Source of the DNA: an uncultured Gemmatimonadales bacterium
GTDB taxonomy: Bacteria; Gemmatimonadota; Gemmatimonadetes; Gemmatimonadales; GWC2-71-9
Direction of reading: 5' to 3'
DNA length: 64,000 nucleotides
Assembly: GCA_963739455.1 (NCBI GenBank)
Contig: CAVUAK010000002.1
Location: 320,001 to 384,000 of the forward strand
The notes below the pieces were generated by a model that saw only the letters and a list, made by a program, of their open reading frames with translations, ran no database searches and was not told the origin of the DNA. Positions 12,672-22,032 of the stretch are shown one piece after another. Positions within the stretch are counted from its first letter, which is position 1. Every line of letters starts with the position of its first letter. Position numbers and translations under genes: made by a program.

Positions 12672-13031
12672 TTACGCCTTCACGGCCTTCGACGCGAGCT
12701 CGGCAATCTTCGCAAAGGCTTCCGCATCGTGGACGGCGAGGTCGGCGAGCACCTTCCGGTTGATCTCCACGCCCGCATCCTTGAGCCCCGCCATGAACCG
12801 GCTGTAGCTCAGCCCGTTGAGGCGCGCGGCGGCATTGATGCGCGCGATCCAGAGCATGCGGAACTCACCCTTCTTCTTGCGGCGGTCGCGGTAGGCGTAG
12901 CGCATGCCGCGCTCGACCGTCTCCTTCGCCGACTTGTACAGCTTGCTGCGCGAGCCGCGGGCACCCTTCGCGGCTTCCATGATCTTCTTCTTGCGCGCGT
13001 GATGCGCGACCCCGTTCTTGACGCGTGGCAT
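12672..13031 (-). CDS. rplT: 50S ribosomal protein L20
   Basis: MPRVKNG...[26 protein letters not shown]. Confidence 0.98.
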   Translation of the reverse strand: MPRVKNGVAHHARKKKIMEAAKGARGSRSKLYKSAKETVERGMRYAYRDRRKKKGEFRMLWIARINAAARLNGLSYSRFMAGLKDAGVEINRKVLADLAVHDAEAFAKIAELASKAVKA

Positions 13032-13041
13032 GGTAGTCTCC

Positions 13042-13236
13042 TCAGGCCTGCAGCAGGCGGTTCACGCGCCGGAAGTCCGCGGAGCTCACGATGTCGCCCT
13101 TCTTGAGCTTGTTCTTCCGCTTGCGGGTCTTCTTGGTCAGGATGTGGCTGTGATTGGCATGCCAACGCTTGAGCTTCCCCGTACCGGTACGGGTGAAGCG
13201 CTTGGTCGCGGCGCGCCGATTCTTCATCTTGGGCAT
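13042..13236 (-). CDS. rpmI: 50S ribosomal protein L35
   Basis: [24 protein letters not shown]...SHILTKK. Confidence 0.97.
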   Translation of the reverse strand: MPKMKNRRAATKRFTRTGTGKLKRWHANHSHILTKKTRKRKNKLKKGDIVSSADFRRVNRLLQA

Positions 13237-13263
13237 CGTCGTTCTTTCCGTTTACCAGGTTTA

Positions 13264-13295
13264 CTTCACGTCCTCACGTCCTCACGCCCTCACGT
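13264..13295. repeat. Octamer tandem repeat (CYTCACGY)x4
   Basis: cttcacgt cctcacgt cctcacgc cctcacgt in the infC-rpmI spacer. Confidence 0.85.
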
Positions 13296-13817
13296 CTACT
13301 TCGGCGCAAGCACCATCGTCATGTTGCGTCCCTCGAGCTTCGCGTCCGACTCTACCTTGCCGATGTCGGCCACCGCAGCCGCCACGCGATCGAGGACCGC
13401 CTTGCCCAGTTCCAGGTGGGCGATCTGCCGTCCCCGGTACATGAGCGTGCACTTCACCTTGTTGCCCTCCGCCAGGAACTCGCGCGCGTGGCGGGTCTTG
13501 AACTCGAAATCGTGTTCCTCGATGCCCGGGCGGTACTTCACTTCCTTGAGCTGGATGACGTGCTGCTTCTTCTTCGCCGCCCGCGCCGCCTTGGCTTCCT
13601 CGAACTTGAACTTGCCGTAGTCCATGATCTTGACCACGGGGGGGCGCGCCGTCGGCGCCACTTCCACGAGATCGAGACCGCGTTCCGCTGCGATGGCCAG
13701 TGCCTCTTCGATGGCCAGCACACCCAACTGGCCGCCGTCATTGTCGATGACTCGCACGGGGCTGATGCGGATCATCCGGTTTACGCGGACCCGCCGCTCG
13801 CGATCACTGGTGGACAG
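13296..13817 (-). CDS. infC: Translation initiation factor IF-3, probable CTG start
   Basis: RVNRMIRISPVRVID, LDLVEVAP, KIMDYGKFKF. GGAGGT lies 7 nt before the in-frame CTG at 13817. Confidence 0.95.
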   Translation of the reverse strand: MSTSDRERRVRVNRMIRISPVRVIDNDGGQLGVLAIEEALAIAAERGLDLVEVAPTARPPVVKIMDYGKFKFEEAKAARAAKKKQHVIQLKEVKYRPGIEEHDFEFKTRHAREFLAEGNKVKCTLMYRGRQIAHLELGKAVLDRVAAAVADIGKVESDAKLEGRNMTMVLAPK

Positions 13818-13838
13818 TGGCAGTACCTCCCATTCTGG

Positions 13839-13995
13839 AAAACAGAAACACCCGATCGACGATCGGGTGTCTCAATCAGTCGAGTAAACGCCGCTCCGGG
13901 TGGCGTTCCTCGACAGAATCAAGACCCGCTTCGCCTGGGCGCCAAACCACGGTGGCGCGCCCGCTTGGGGTGGGGACCTATCGGCCCCTCTTTGA
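13839..13995 (-). ncRNA. Structured infC-rpmI-rplT leader (L20-leader-like) with intrinsic attenuator
   Basis: AAGAGGGG...TCCCCACCC...GGGTC pattern, a second hairpin at 13879-13914, then stem ACACCCGATC/GATCGGGTGT followed by TTCTGTTTT. Confidence 0.65.
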
Positions 13996-14004
13996 GTTGG
14001 CCAA

Positions 14005-14033
14005 AACGTAATGGTGACCGGTGGTTAGGTCAA
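14005..14033 (-). promoter_or_regulatory. Sigma70-type promoter of the infC operon
   Basis: TTGACC-N17-TACGTT. Confidence 0.65.
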
Positions 14034-14966
14034 CCGGACGGCTGCGCATCCCTCAGCACGAGGCCCTTCCCCTCGGGAGTGAGCCATCCCCAGGCGACGT
14101 TCGCGTCATGCTCGAAGACAACGCGCCAACCCCCTGTCACTGCATCCTTTAGGAACGAACGCTTGCTCTCCAGCGTGCGCAGCGGCTCCAGGTCGTAGCC
14201 CATGATGTACGCGAGGGGGAGGTGCGCGGCCGTGGCGAAGAGGTCGCCCACGAACGCCGCCGTTTCCCCACGATCGGACACGAGAATCACCTGGTGCCAC
14301 GGCACATGCCCCGGCGTCACCCGGACCGAGATGCCGGGCAGTACGGCACTGTCGCCGTCCAGCAGCCGCCACCGGCCAGCCTTTGCGATGGGCTCGAAAT
14401 TGGGTGGCAGGTAGCTCGCCCTGGTTCGCTCGTTGGTGTGGCGGGCGAACTCGAGTTCACCACGCTGCACACAGTAGGTCGCATTGGGAAAGGCCAGCCG
14501 GGGCACCGTCGCCGTGGGCGAGGCGTCCGGGGCGAACCCGTCCGCCTGGTCGGCATGCTCCCCGCCAGGCTCACCCACGAGCGTGTTCCCACCGGCATGA
14601 TCGAAGTGAAGGTGGGTGTTGATGACCAGCTTCACGTCGCCCGGCGCGAAACCCGCCTCCGCGAGTGCATCCTCGCAACTGGGTAGCACCTCGCGTCCCG
14701 ATGTTCTCGATCCCGTAGATGTTCCGGAACTTGGCGTCGTCCTTGTTGCCAGCCCCGGTGTCGACGAGGACCAGGCCGTCGGGGTGCTCCATCAGCAGGC
14801 ACCGCATTGCGAGGGGAATGCGGTTCCGGTCGTCCGGGGCAATCTGTTTTTCCCAAAGGGGCTTGGGGACAACGCCGAACATCGCACCGCCATCGAGACG
14901 CTGCAGACCGGCTTCCAGGGTATGGCACCTGAGGTTCCCAACCGTGAATGAGCGCGTCAGCGCCAT
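14030..14966 (-). CDS. MBL-fold metallo-hydrolase, YtnP-like (frameshift near 14685)
   Basis: LDGGAMFGVVPKPLW, THLHFDHAGG, TPGH, MGYD. Confidence 0.9.
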
Positions 14967-15814
14967 GGCGCACCATTTCCTGTTCCCAGTTCCCCGTTCC
15001 CTGTCTTCCTGCGGCGCCGGCGCAACTGGATCTGTTCCAGGTCGGTGAGGGTCCGTGCGCCTTCCCCCCGCGCATACGACAGCAGCCGTTCGAGCAGCTG
15101 TGCCGTCACCTCGGCGTCGCCTGCCGCACGATGGCGAGCAGCGTTCTCGAAGCCGAAGTGCAGCGTCAGGTTGTCGAGTCCGCAGGATCCGACATCGCGC
15201 AGCAGCCGTCGCGCGAGTCGCACCGTGCAGAGCCGCGGCCCGGTGAGCGCCAGGCCTCGGGTCCGCCGGAACGATGCATCGAGGAAGCCCCAGTCAAAAC
15301 GCGCGTTGTGCGCCACGAAGATGCGCCCGGCGAGGACACCGAGCAGCTCGTCGGCAATCGCCTCGAAGGGAGGCGCGTGCGCCACCATCTCGTTGGTGAT
15401 GCCGGTGACCATGCTGATCATCGACGGAATGTGGCGTCCCGGGTTCACCAGGCTCTGGAACACCACCTCTCGCCGCTCACCGTGCAGCAGCACCACCGCC
15501 ACCTCGGTGATGCGGTCGTCGCCCCGCGCCCGCATGCCGGTCGTCTCGAGGTCGATGACCGCGAAGGCGCATTCCTCGATGTGTGGCGAGCCCTGCGCCT
15601 CCGCGAGCATGGCCCACCGGCCGTCGGGCAGCTGGCGCACCCGCGGATCCGCGCCGAGCACCGCGATCGCCACCCGCTCCGCCACGGCGCGCGGGGCACC
15701 CATGAGGCCGAGCACTTCAGCGCAGAGCTCGGCCGCAGCGGCCGGTCCCCCGCGCAACCGGGCGAGGGCGCGATCGACCAGTGTCAGTTCCGACACCATG
15801 GCGAGACCGGTCAC
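14957..15814 (-). CDS. DEDDh 3'-5' exonuclease (DNA Pol III epsilon-like)
   Basis: VIDLETTG, FVAHNARFD, HRAAGDA. Confidence 0.92.
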   Translation of the reverse strand: MTGLAMVSELTLVDRALARLRGGPAAAAELCAEVLGLMGAPRAVAERVAIAVLGADPRVRQLPDGRWAMLAEAQGSPHIEECAFAVIDLETTGMRARGDDRITEVAVVLLHGERREVVFQSLVNPGRHIPSMISMVTGITNEMVAHAPPFEAIADELLGVLAGRIFVAHNARFDWGFLDASFRRTRGLALTGPRLCTVRLARRLLRDVGSCGLDNLTLHFGFENAARHRAAGDAEVTAQLLERLLSYARGEGARTLTDLEQIQLRRRRRKTGNGELGTGNGAPWR

Positions 15815-17040
15815 GCGGACGCCCTCCGCACCGGCAGCGTCATGCAGCGCGGACCGCCACCGCCACGCGCCAGTTCGGTTCCATCGATGGTGATCACCGT
15901 GCGATGCTTGGCGTCATCCCAGTCATCGAACGCCAGGAAGTTGACCGAAGGGACGGCACGAAAACCGGCGCGCGCGAGTTCGTCGAGCGTCGCCTCGTTC
16001 CTTATGTAGCCGATGACGGTGCCGGGGCGCACCGCGAAGAAGTTGCACGCCGAACTCCACTGCTCCCGGTCCTGGCTGGTCCGCTGGCGACCGCCGCAGA
16101 ATACCGGCTCCAGCGGCAGGCCGACCTCGCGCAGTGCCGTGAAGAAGTCCGGCATTTCGCGCACGCCATCGACGCCCTTGCGCCGGTGCAGCACCGCCAG
16201 GCGCTCCGGCCCAACGAAGTAGGGGGGATAAATGGCGCAGAGCTCACGGTCGAGCTGGGAAAAGAGCATGTCCAGGTGGATCGCCGTCGGCGTGCGCGGC
16301 ATGACCACGACCAGGATGTCGGTGACGGTGCCGCGGGCAAAGAGCGACTCGCACAGCAGGTCGAGCGCCGCGGCGGAGGTGCGCTCGCTGAACCCCACCA
16401 CCAGCAGGTCCTGGCGGAGGACATGAACGTCCCCGCCCTCGAGGGTATAGCGGGCGCGGCGTTCGTCCGCGCCATCGAACAGCAGCCCGTCGTTGGCCAG
16501 CGCCGGGTGAAACTGGAACAGTGCCCGGATCAGCAGTTCCTCGGTCCACCGCACATCGTAGCGCATGGCACCCACGACACCGTGGCGACCGATGACCATC
16601 CCGATGTCGCGGGGAAAAAAGAGGTTGGGGAGCGGCGGCAGGGCGAAGGCGTTGTCGTTGAGCGCCCGGGCCAGCGGACCGGCCTCGCCCTCGGTGCCCT
16701 CGATGATGCGCCGCACCATCTCCACCGCCGGCAGCTCGGCGAGCTCGCGCGCCAGGGCGTCGGACGGCACCACGTCGAGCGCGCGGGTGATGAGGAACTC
16801 GCGCGCCTCGTCATTGCGCAGCATCTCGATCAGGAGGTCGCGGATCTGGTAGACCTGCGCAAAACGCCGGAGCACGCTTACGAACTGGCGGTGCTCCCGC
16901 TGGGCTATGTCGAGGGCGATGATGTCGTCGTACAGGAAGGCGGCGCGGTTTTGCGGTGTCACCGCCTCGAGCTCGGGCCCGGGCGTGTGCACCAGCACCG
17001 CTTCGAGGGCGCCAATTTCGGAGGTGATGGAGACCGACAT
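15811..17040 (-). CDS. arcA: Arginine deiminase
   Basis: SEIGALEAVLVHTPG, PLPNLFFPRD, LEGGD, HLD, ELARGGGGPRCMT. Confidence 0.93.
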   Translation of the reverse strand: MSVSITSEIGALEAVLVHTPGPELEAVTPQNRAAFLYDDIIALDIAQREHRQFVSVLRRFAQVYQIRDLLIEMLRNDEAREFLITRALDVVPSDALARELAELPAVEMVRRIIEGTEGEAGPLARALNDNAFALPPLPNLFFPRDIGMVIGRHGVVGAMRYDVRWTEELLIRALFQFHPALANDGLLFDGADERRARYTLEGGDVHVLRQDLLVVGFSERTSAAALDLLCESLFARGTVTDILVVVMPRTPTAIHLDMLFSQLDRELCAIYPPYFVGPERLAVLHRRKGVDGVREMPDFFTALREVGLPLEPVFCGGRQRTSQDREQWSSACNFFAVRPGTVIGYIRNEATLDELARAGFRAVPSVNFLAFDDWDDAKHRTVITIDGTELARGGGGPRCMTLPVRRASA

Positions 17041-17053
17041 GAGTGAACTTAAC

Positions 17054-17109
17054 GGTGAGGGGTGAGGGGTAAGGAGTGAGGAGTTCCCCCTCACCCCTCA
17101 CTCCTCACC
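17054..17109. repeat. Inverted pair of heptamer arrays forming a hairpin
   Basis: GGTGAGG GGTGAGG GGTAAGG AGTGAGG ... CCTCACC CCTCACT CCTCACC. Confidence 0.8.
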
Positions 17110-17725
17110 GATTCGTCAGTGCGTAACTGAGGGTCTCGAGCTCGAGCGCCAGGTTCACCGTCTTCACCACCACGTCATCCGGCACATTGAGCTGGGCGGG
17201 GGCAAAGTTGAGGATGGCCCTGACTCCCAGTGCCACGAGCCGTTCGGTCACCGACTGGGCCGCTTCCGCTGGGGTCACAAGCACCGCCATATCGACCGGC
17301 TGGGCCCTGAGGTCCCGGTCGAGATCGTCGATCGATCGGACCGTGAGACCGTTCCACTGGGTCCCGATCTTGGCGGGATCCACGTCGAAAATGGAGACGA
17401 TATCGAAGCCGCGCTGCTGGAAGCCGCGGTACTGGACGAGTGCGCTGCCGATCTTCCCCGCGCCGATCATGGCGACGCGATAACGACGTCCGAGACCGAG
17501 GATCTGGCGAAGGCGCTGGGCGAGTTCCGGGACGAAGTAGCCCAGGCCGCGCTTGCCGAATGAGCCGAAGAAGGAGAGATCCTTCCGCACCTGCGCCGAC
17601 GTCGTGCCGCCTCGCTGGGCCAGCGCCTCGGAGCTGACCGTCTCCACACCCTGCCCCTCAAATTCGTCCAGGAAGCGGAGATAGAGCGACAGGCGACGCA
17701 CGGTGCTGTCGGCAACTTTGCGCAT
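17105..17725 (-). CDS. rex: Redox-sensing transcriptional repressor Rex
   Basis: RRLSLYLR, QVRKDLSFFGSFGKRGLGY, GAGKIG, ILNFAP. Confidence 0.97.
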   Translation of the reverse strand: MRKVADSTVRRLSLYLRFLDEFEGQGVETVSSEALAQRGGTTSAQVRKDLSFFGSFGKRGLGYFVPELAQRLRQILGLGRRYRVAMIGAGKIGSALVQYRGFQQRGFDIVSIFDVDPAKIGTQWNGLTVRSIDDLDRDLRAQPVDMAVLVTPAEAAQSVTERLVALGVRAILNFAPAQLNVPDDVVVKTVNLALELETLSYALTNR

Positions 17726-17734
17726 GGGCCGCTT

Positions 17735-17752
17735 ATGTGAAATGATTCACAA
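17735..17752. promoter_or_regulatory. Rex operator
   Basis: TTGTGAA-TCAT-TTCACAT on the minus strand, one mismatch to the established TTGTGAA-N4-TTCACAA consensus, 9 bp upstream of rex. Confidence 0.85.
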
Positions 17753-18550
17753 ATCTGCCCCGGGAGACCATCCGCCGTCAACGAGCACCTTGGTGAGGCG
17801 GTAAAACGAAGCCGGGTCGAGCACCTCGGGTCGAAGGGACGGCCCTACCTCCGCCTGGGCCAACACTGCCTGCGCCCGGTCGGGTGAGTAGCCGGTCAGC
17901 TCCCGCAGGCCCCGCGCAAGCTGCTTTCGCCGAAACCCGAAGAGCCCGACAACCACTCGCCGAAATGTGGGGATGAGGGCGTCCGGCACCAGCGGCGTCG
18001 CCAAGGGCATCAGGCGAAGCACCGCGGAATCCACCTTCGGGCGAGGCATGAACGCGCCGGCGGGAACGATGAAGAGCCTCTCCCCCGTTGCCACTGCCTG
18101 GACACCTACTGACAACGCGCCATACGCTTCGCTGCCCGGTGGGGCGCTGACCCGGTCGGCGACCTCCTTCTGGACGAGGAACACGACACGGCGGGGCCGC
18201 GGGGGCGTGAGCGCCTTGTCGAGAAGTGGCGAGGTGATGTTGTAGGGGATGTTGCCGGCGATGAGCGCATTGGGACCGCCGAGCGCATGCCAGTCTTCGT
18301 CGAGCGCGTCGCCGACCAACAGGTCGAGCGCCGGCAATTGCTGCCGCAGCCTCGCCGCAAGGTCGCGGTCCTTCTCGATGGCAACGACACGCCCGGCGCG
18401 CTCCAGCAGTGCCGCGGTGAGCCCGCCGGGTCCTGGCCCGATCTCGAGCACCGTGTCGTCGCGAGTGGCGCCGACCGCATCGGCGATCCGAGCCAGGATG
18501 CGCGGGTCAGAGAGGAAGTGCTGGCCGAGGCGCTTGCGAGGGACCCCCAC
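17747..18550 (-). CDS. rsmA: 16S rRNA adenine dimethyltransferase
   Basis: KRLGQHFL, EIGPGPG, GNIPYNIT, QKEVADR, PRPKVDS. Confidence 0.97.
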   Translation of the reverse strand: MGVPRKRLGQHFLSDPRILARIADAVGATRDDTVLEIGPGPGGLTAALLERAGRVVAIEKDRDLAARLRQQLPALDLLVGDALDEDWHALGGPNALIAGNIPYNITSPLLDKALTPPRPRRVVFLVQKEVADRVSAPPGSEAYGALSVGVQAVATGERLFIVPAGAFMPRPKVDSAVLRLMPLATPLVPDALIPTFRRVVVGLFGFRRKQLARGLRELTGYSPDRAQAVLAQAEVGPSLRPEVLDPASFYRLTKVLVDGGWSPGADL

Positions 18551-18553
18551 TGC

Positions 18554-20080
18554 TCAGAGACGCATGACGAGCAGCGTACGGTCGTCCGCCGCCTGCGTTG
18601 TCCACGCATCGGCTTCCGCGAGCGTGCCCGCCAGGATCTCATCCACGCTCAGGCTCCGGCGGCTCGCCAGCGCGTCCAGCAGCCGGGCATCACCGTATCG
18701 TTCACCCTCGGCGTTGGTCGCATCCACCAATCCATCGGTCCAGAGACAGAGCAGGTCGCCCGAGGTGTCCCACGGAACCTGCCGCGCCTCGCTCACCCCC
18801 TGCACGGCCAGGCCGACCGGCGGGCTGGTGGCGAGCAACCGTTCCGGTTCGCCCTGCTTTGGAATGCGGAAGGCATGGGGGTGGCCGGCACTGGCGTAGC
18901 GCAGCGTGCCGGCCCGGCGGTCCAGCACGCCGTAGAACACCGTGAAATACATCTCCGCCGACCGGAGTTCATCGCCGACACTGTTGAGGAGTGCGTCGAG
19001 GGTTGCCTCGGGGCTCCCGATGGTCTCCACATGGATGCCCGCAGCCGACAGCACCAGCGCCATCACCAGCGCGGCACCGAACCCGTGCGATGACACGTCA
19101 CCGAGCATGACGGCCACGCGCCCCTGCCCCAGCCTGCTGAAGGTGTAGAAGTCACCACCCACGGAATCGACCGGTGTGCAGCGCGCCGCCACCTGGGCCT
19201 CGCCGTAGAGCACCGACGGTGAGGGCAGCAGTCGCAGCTGGAGGTCGTGTGCCAGTTCGAGTTCGCGACGAACACCCTGCTGCTGCCGGTCGCGCTCAGC
19301 CAGCCGGACGTTCTCGATGGCGGCGCCAACCTGGCTGGCGATCGCCGTCAGCAGCTTGCGGTCGCCTGGGGTGAACCGATCACCACCGGTGCGGTCGGTG
19401 AGGTTGATGACGCCAATGCAGCGGAGTGGTCCGCCCTGCGACGCATAGCAGATGGGGACGCTGAGGTAGGCCTGCCCGCGGTAGGGACGTTCGCTGGCAA
19501 TCGCCGGCGGCGGCGACAGCACCGGATCGTGGACCACGACGCGGCGCTCGCGGAACACGCGGGCCGCGACCGAGTGCGGATCGTCCACCTGCACGAAGAA
19601 CTCGTCATCGGCGGTGAAGCCGCGGGCGGCGACGGTGCGGAGCCGGTCGCGGGTGGCATCGTGCACCATGATCGACGCGCGACGCGCGCCGACCACCGCC
19701 GCCACCTCACGCACGATGACCTGCGCCGCCTCGTCGAGGCGGACGGTGCTGCCGAGTATTTCCGTAATGGTGTAGAGGAGGTCGATCTCTTCGTAGCGGC
19801 TGGCCAGTTCCTCGCCCACCCGGGCGCGGTGCCAGTCGCTTTCGAGCAGGGCTGAAAGCGCGGGCAGCAGCGCCCCCGCCTTGGCCACGAGCACCGCGGG
19901 CTCCGCGCCGCCCAGTTCAACCCACTCGTCCGACACCCAGCGTGCAGGGGCGAGCCACACCGGCCCCTCGGGAGTGGCGCACGCCCCCGCGGATGCCGGC
20001 ACGTCCAGCGTCCATGATGCCACAGGGCCCGCGAGGAATCGCAGGCACTGCCCATCATTCCGCCAGAGACGCACCCGCAA
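18554..20080 (-). CDS. GAF + SpoIIE (RsbU-like PP2C) phosphatase; start uncertain
   Basis: GAF domain, ELELAHDLQ, VGGDFY, GDVSSHG, WTDGLVD, DDRT. Confidence 0.9.
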   Translation of the reverse strand: MRVRLWRNDGQCLRFLAGPVASWTLDVPASAGACATPEGPVWLAPARWVSDEWVELGGAEPAVLVAKAGALLPALSALLESDWHRARVGEELASRYEEIDLLYTITEILGSTVRLDEAAQVIVREVAAVVGARRASIMVHDATRDRLRTVAARGFTADDEFFVQVDDPHSVAARVFRERRVVVHDPVLSPPPAIASERPYRGQAYLSVPICYASQGGPLRCIGVINLTDRTGGDRFTPGDRKLLTAIASQVGAAIENVRLAERDRQQQGVRRELELAHDLQLRLLPSPSVLYGEAQVAARCTPVDSVGGDFYTFSRLGQGRVAVMLGDVSSHGFGAALVMALVLSAAGIHVETIGSPEATLDALLNSVGDELRSAEMYFTVFYGVLDRRAGTLRYASAGHPHAFRIPKQGEPERLLATSPPVGLAVQGVSEARQVPWDTSGDLLCLWTDGLVDATNAEGERYGDARLLDALASRRSLSVDEILAGTLAEADAWTTQAADDRTLLVMRL

Positions 20081-20124
20081 TCCGGAGAGGCGCGAAAGCC
20101 CCTCGAGGACTTCGTCGAGCCGCC

Positions 20125-20601
20125 TTACTGGCGGCGCAGCGTCATGCAGATGGAGTTGCCTTGGGTGTTGAAGTGGACGTCGTCCACCAGGTGCCGGATG
20201 AGGAACAGCCCCCGGCCGCTCGGAAGGTCGGGCGATGCCGGGTCGAGCACTTCGGTCACGCTCGCGTGATCGAAGCCGTCACCCTCATCGGTGACGTGAA
20301 TGTTGACTGCGTCGGGGTGCAGGTCCACCTCGACAAACACCTGCTTGCCGGCGTCCTCGCGATTGCCCCGCACGATGGCATTCGCCAGCGCATCGGACAG
20401 TGCCACCTGCAGGCGGAACTGGACCCGGGGAGATGCTTCGGCTCCCGCGAGGCAGTGACGCGTCAGCAGGGCCACCGCCTCCTCGATGCAGTCGACGTTA
20501 CTCGGTACCCGCAGCGCCACCCGCTCGACTGCGCGCAACTCGCCTGGTACCGGCGTGCGGCGGACACAGAGCCGGAGTGGGTGTGTGTGGGGTGCGGTCA
20601 T
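20125..20601 (-). CDS. Anti-sigma kinase (RsbW-like HATPase)
   Basis: LSDALANAIVRGN, VTDEGDGFD, SGRGLFLI. Confidence 0.88.
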   Translation of the reverse strand: MTAPHTHPLRLCVRRTPVPGELRAVERVALRVPSNVDCIEEAVALLTRHCLAGAEASPRVQFRLQVALSDALANAIVRGNREDAGKQVFVEVDLHPDAVNIHVTDEGDGFDHASVTEVLDPASPDLPSGRGLFLIRHLVDDVHFNTQGNSICMTLRRQ

Positions 20602-20603
20602 GG

Positions 20604-20939
20604 TCAGAAGGTGGCGAGCGCCTGGTCGGGCGTATCGCTGATCGCGAAGAGCGTATCGAGCTTGGTGAGCTCGAAGAGGGAGCGCAGGTCTTCGTTGAGC
20701 CCGGAGAGGCGGAGATCGCCGCCCTCTTCGCGGACCTTCCGGGCCAGCGCCACCAGCGCGCCCAGGCCTGACGAGTCGATGTAGCCGGTCTGGGCGAAAT
20801 CGATGAGGAAGCGACGTTCGCCCTTTTCGAGCAGCCGCTGCAGGTGCTCCTTCAGCTCGTTGCGGTTGCCCACGACGAGCTGTCCGTCCACCCGCACGAT
20901 GATCACGCCGCTGGCACTCTTCGCGTCCGACAGGCCCAT
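20604..20939 (-). CDS. STAS anti-sigma antagonist (RsbV-like)
   Basis: YIDSSGLGALV motif. Confidence 0.92.
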   Translation of the reverse strand: MGLSDAKSASGVIIVRVDGQLVVGNRNELKEHLQRLLEKGERRFLIDFAQTGYIDSSGLGALVALARKVREEGGDLRLSGLNEDLRSLFELTKLDTLFAISDTPDQALATF

Positions 20940-21013
20940 GGCATCTCCGGGGAATCCCGCCACGAAGGTGGCGGAAGGGTCAATATGAACGTGGAACCGG
21001 GACGGCGGGAGGG

Positions 21014-21517
21014 TCAGGCCCCCGGGGGTGCCGTGCGGCTGGCAAACCGGCGCCGCAGCGCGTCAGCCACCGTGGGATGCACCAGCCCCGCAACGTCGCC
21101 GCCGTGACGGGCAACCTCACGCACCAGGCTCGAGCTGAGGTACGTGATGTCGACCGACGGCACCAGGAAAACCGTCTCCAGTTCCGGATACAACTGGCGG
21201 TTCATCAGCGCCATCTGGAACTCGTACTCGAAGTCACTCACGGCTCGCAGGCCCCGTACCACCAGCCGGGCGCCAACTTTCCGCGCGAACTCGGCCAGGA
21301 GGCCATCGAAGCGCTCGAAAGTGACCCGGGGGTCACCACCGACGGCGGCCCGGAGCATTTCCAGCCGGTCCTCGACGCTGAAGAGCGGCTGCTTCTGGGA
21401 GTTGGTCGCGACCGCCACGATCAGGCGGTCGCACAGCGCGAGGCTGCGGCGCGCCAGGTCCTCGTGGCCGCGGGTAGGCGGGTCGAACGAGCCGGGGTAG
21501 ATCGCGAGACGTGTCAT
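21014..21517 (-). CDS. coaD: Phosphopantetheine adenylyltransferase
   Basis: AIYPGSFDPPTRGH, RGLRAVSDFEYE, SSSLVREV. Confidence 0.97.
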   Translation of the reverse strand: MTRLAIYPGSFDPPTRGHEDLARRSLALCDRLIVAVATNSQKQPLFSVEDRLEMLRAAVGGDPRVTFERFDGLLAEFARKVGARLVVRGLRAVSDFEYEFQMALMNRQLYPELETVFLVPSVDITYLSSSLVREVARHGGDVAGLVHPTVADALRRRFASRTAPPGA

Positions 21518-22032
21518 GGGGCGTAGCAGAAGGTAATGGTCGTGTCGCCGTACCGCCGGGACTGGTCCCCTGCAAGGTCGGTGCTCGCCGCATGCTCCAC
21601 CGCGAGGATGCGGGCAAACGGCGTGGCGCGAAACGTCACCACCAGTTCCGTGGCCGCGGTCTCGATGGTGTACGGGGGATCGGCAAAGGCGACATCGTAT
21701 GAGAGCGGCGCGAGCCGGGCGGCGAACCGCAGTGCGTCGGCACGGTGAACGCTCGCCACGTCACCCACCCCGAGCGACTCGATGTTGCTCTTGAGCGCGG
21801 CGATCGAGCGGGGACCGATGTCAACGAAATCAATCGAGGCAGCGCCGCGGGAGAGCGCTTCCAGCCCCAGGGCGCCGCTGCCGGCAAAGAGGTCGAGCAC
21901 CCTCGCCCCAGGCAGCGCATCGGAGAGAATGCTCATCCACGCCTCACGCACCCGGTCGGCGGTGGGGCGCACCCGCGGGTCCGCTGGTGCGGTGAGCCGT
22001 CGGCCGCCGAAGCGGCCGGCGATGATCCTCAG
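21514..22032 (-). CDS. rsmD: 16S rRNA m2G966 methyltransferase
   Basis: RIIAGRFGGRRL, RPTADRVRE, LDLFAGSGALG, DPPY. Confidence 0.93.
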   Translation of the reverse strand: MRIIAGRFGGRRLTAPADPRVRPTADRVREAWMSILSDALPGARVLDLFAGSGALGLEALSRGAASIDFVDIGPRSIAALKSNIESLGVGDVASVHRADALRFAARLAPLSYDVAFADPPYTIETAATELVVTFRATPFARILAVEHAASTDLAGDQSRRYGDTTITFCYAP

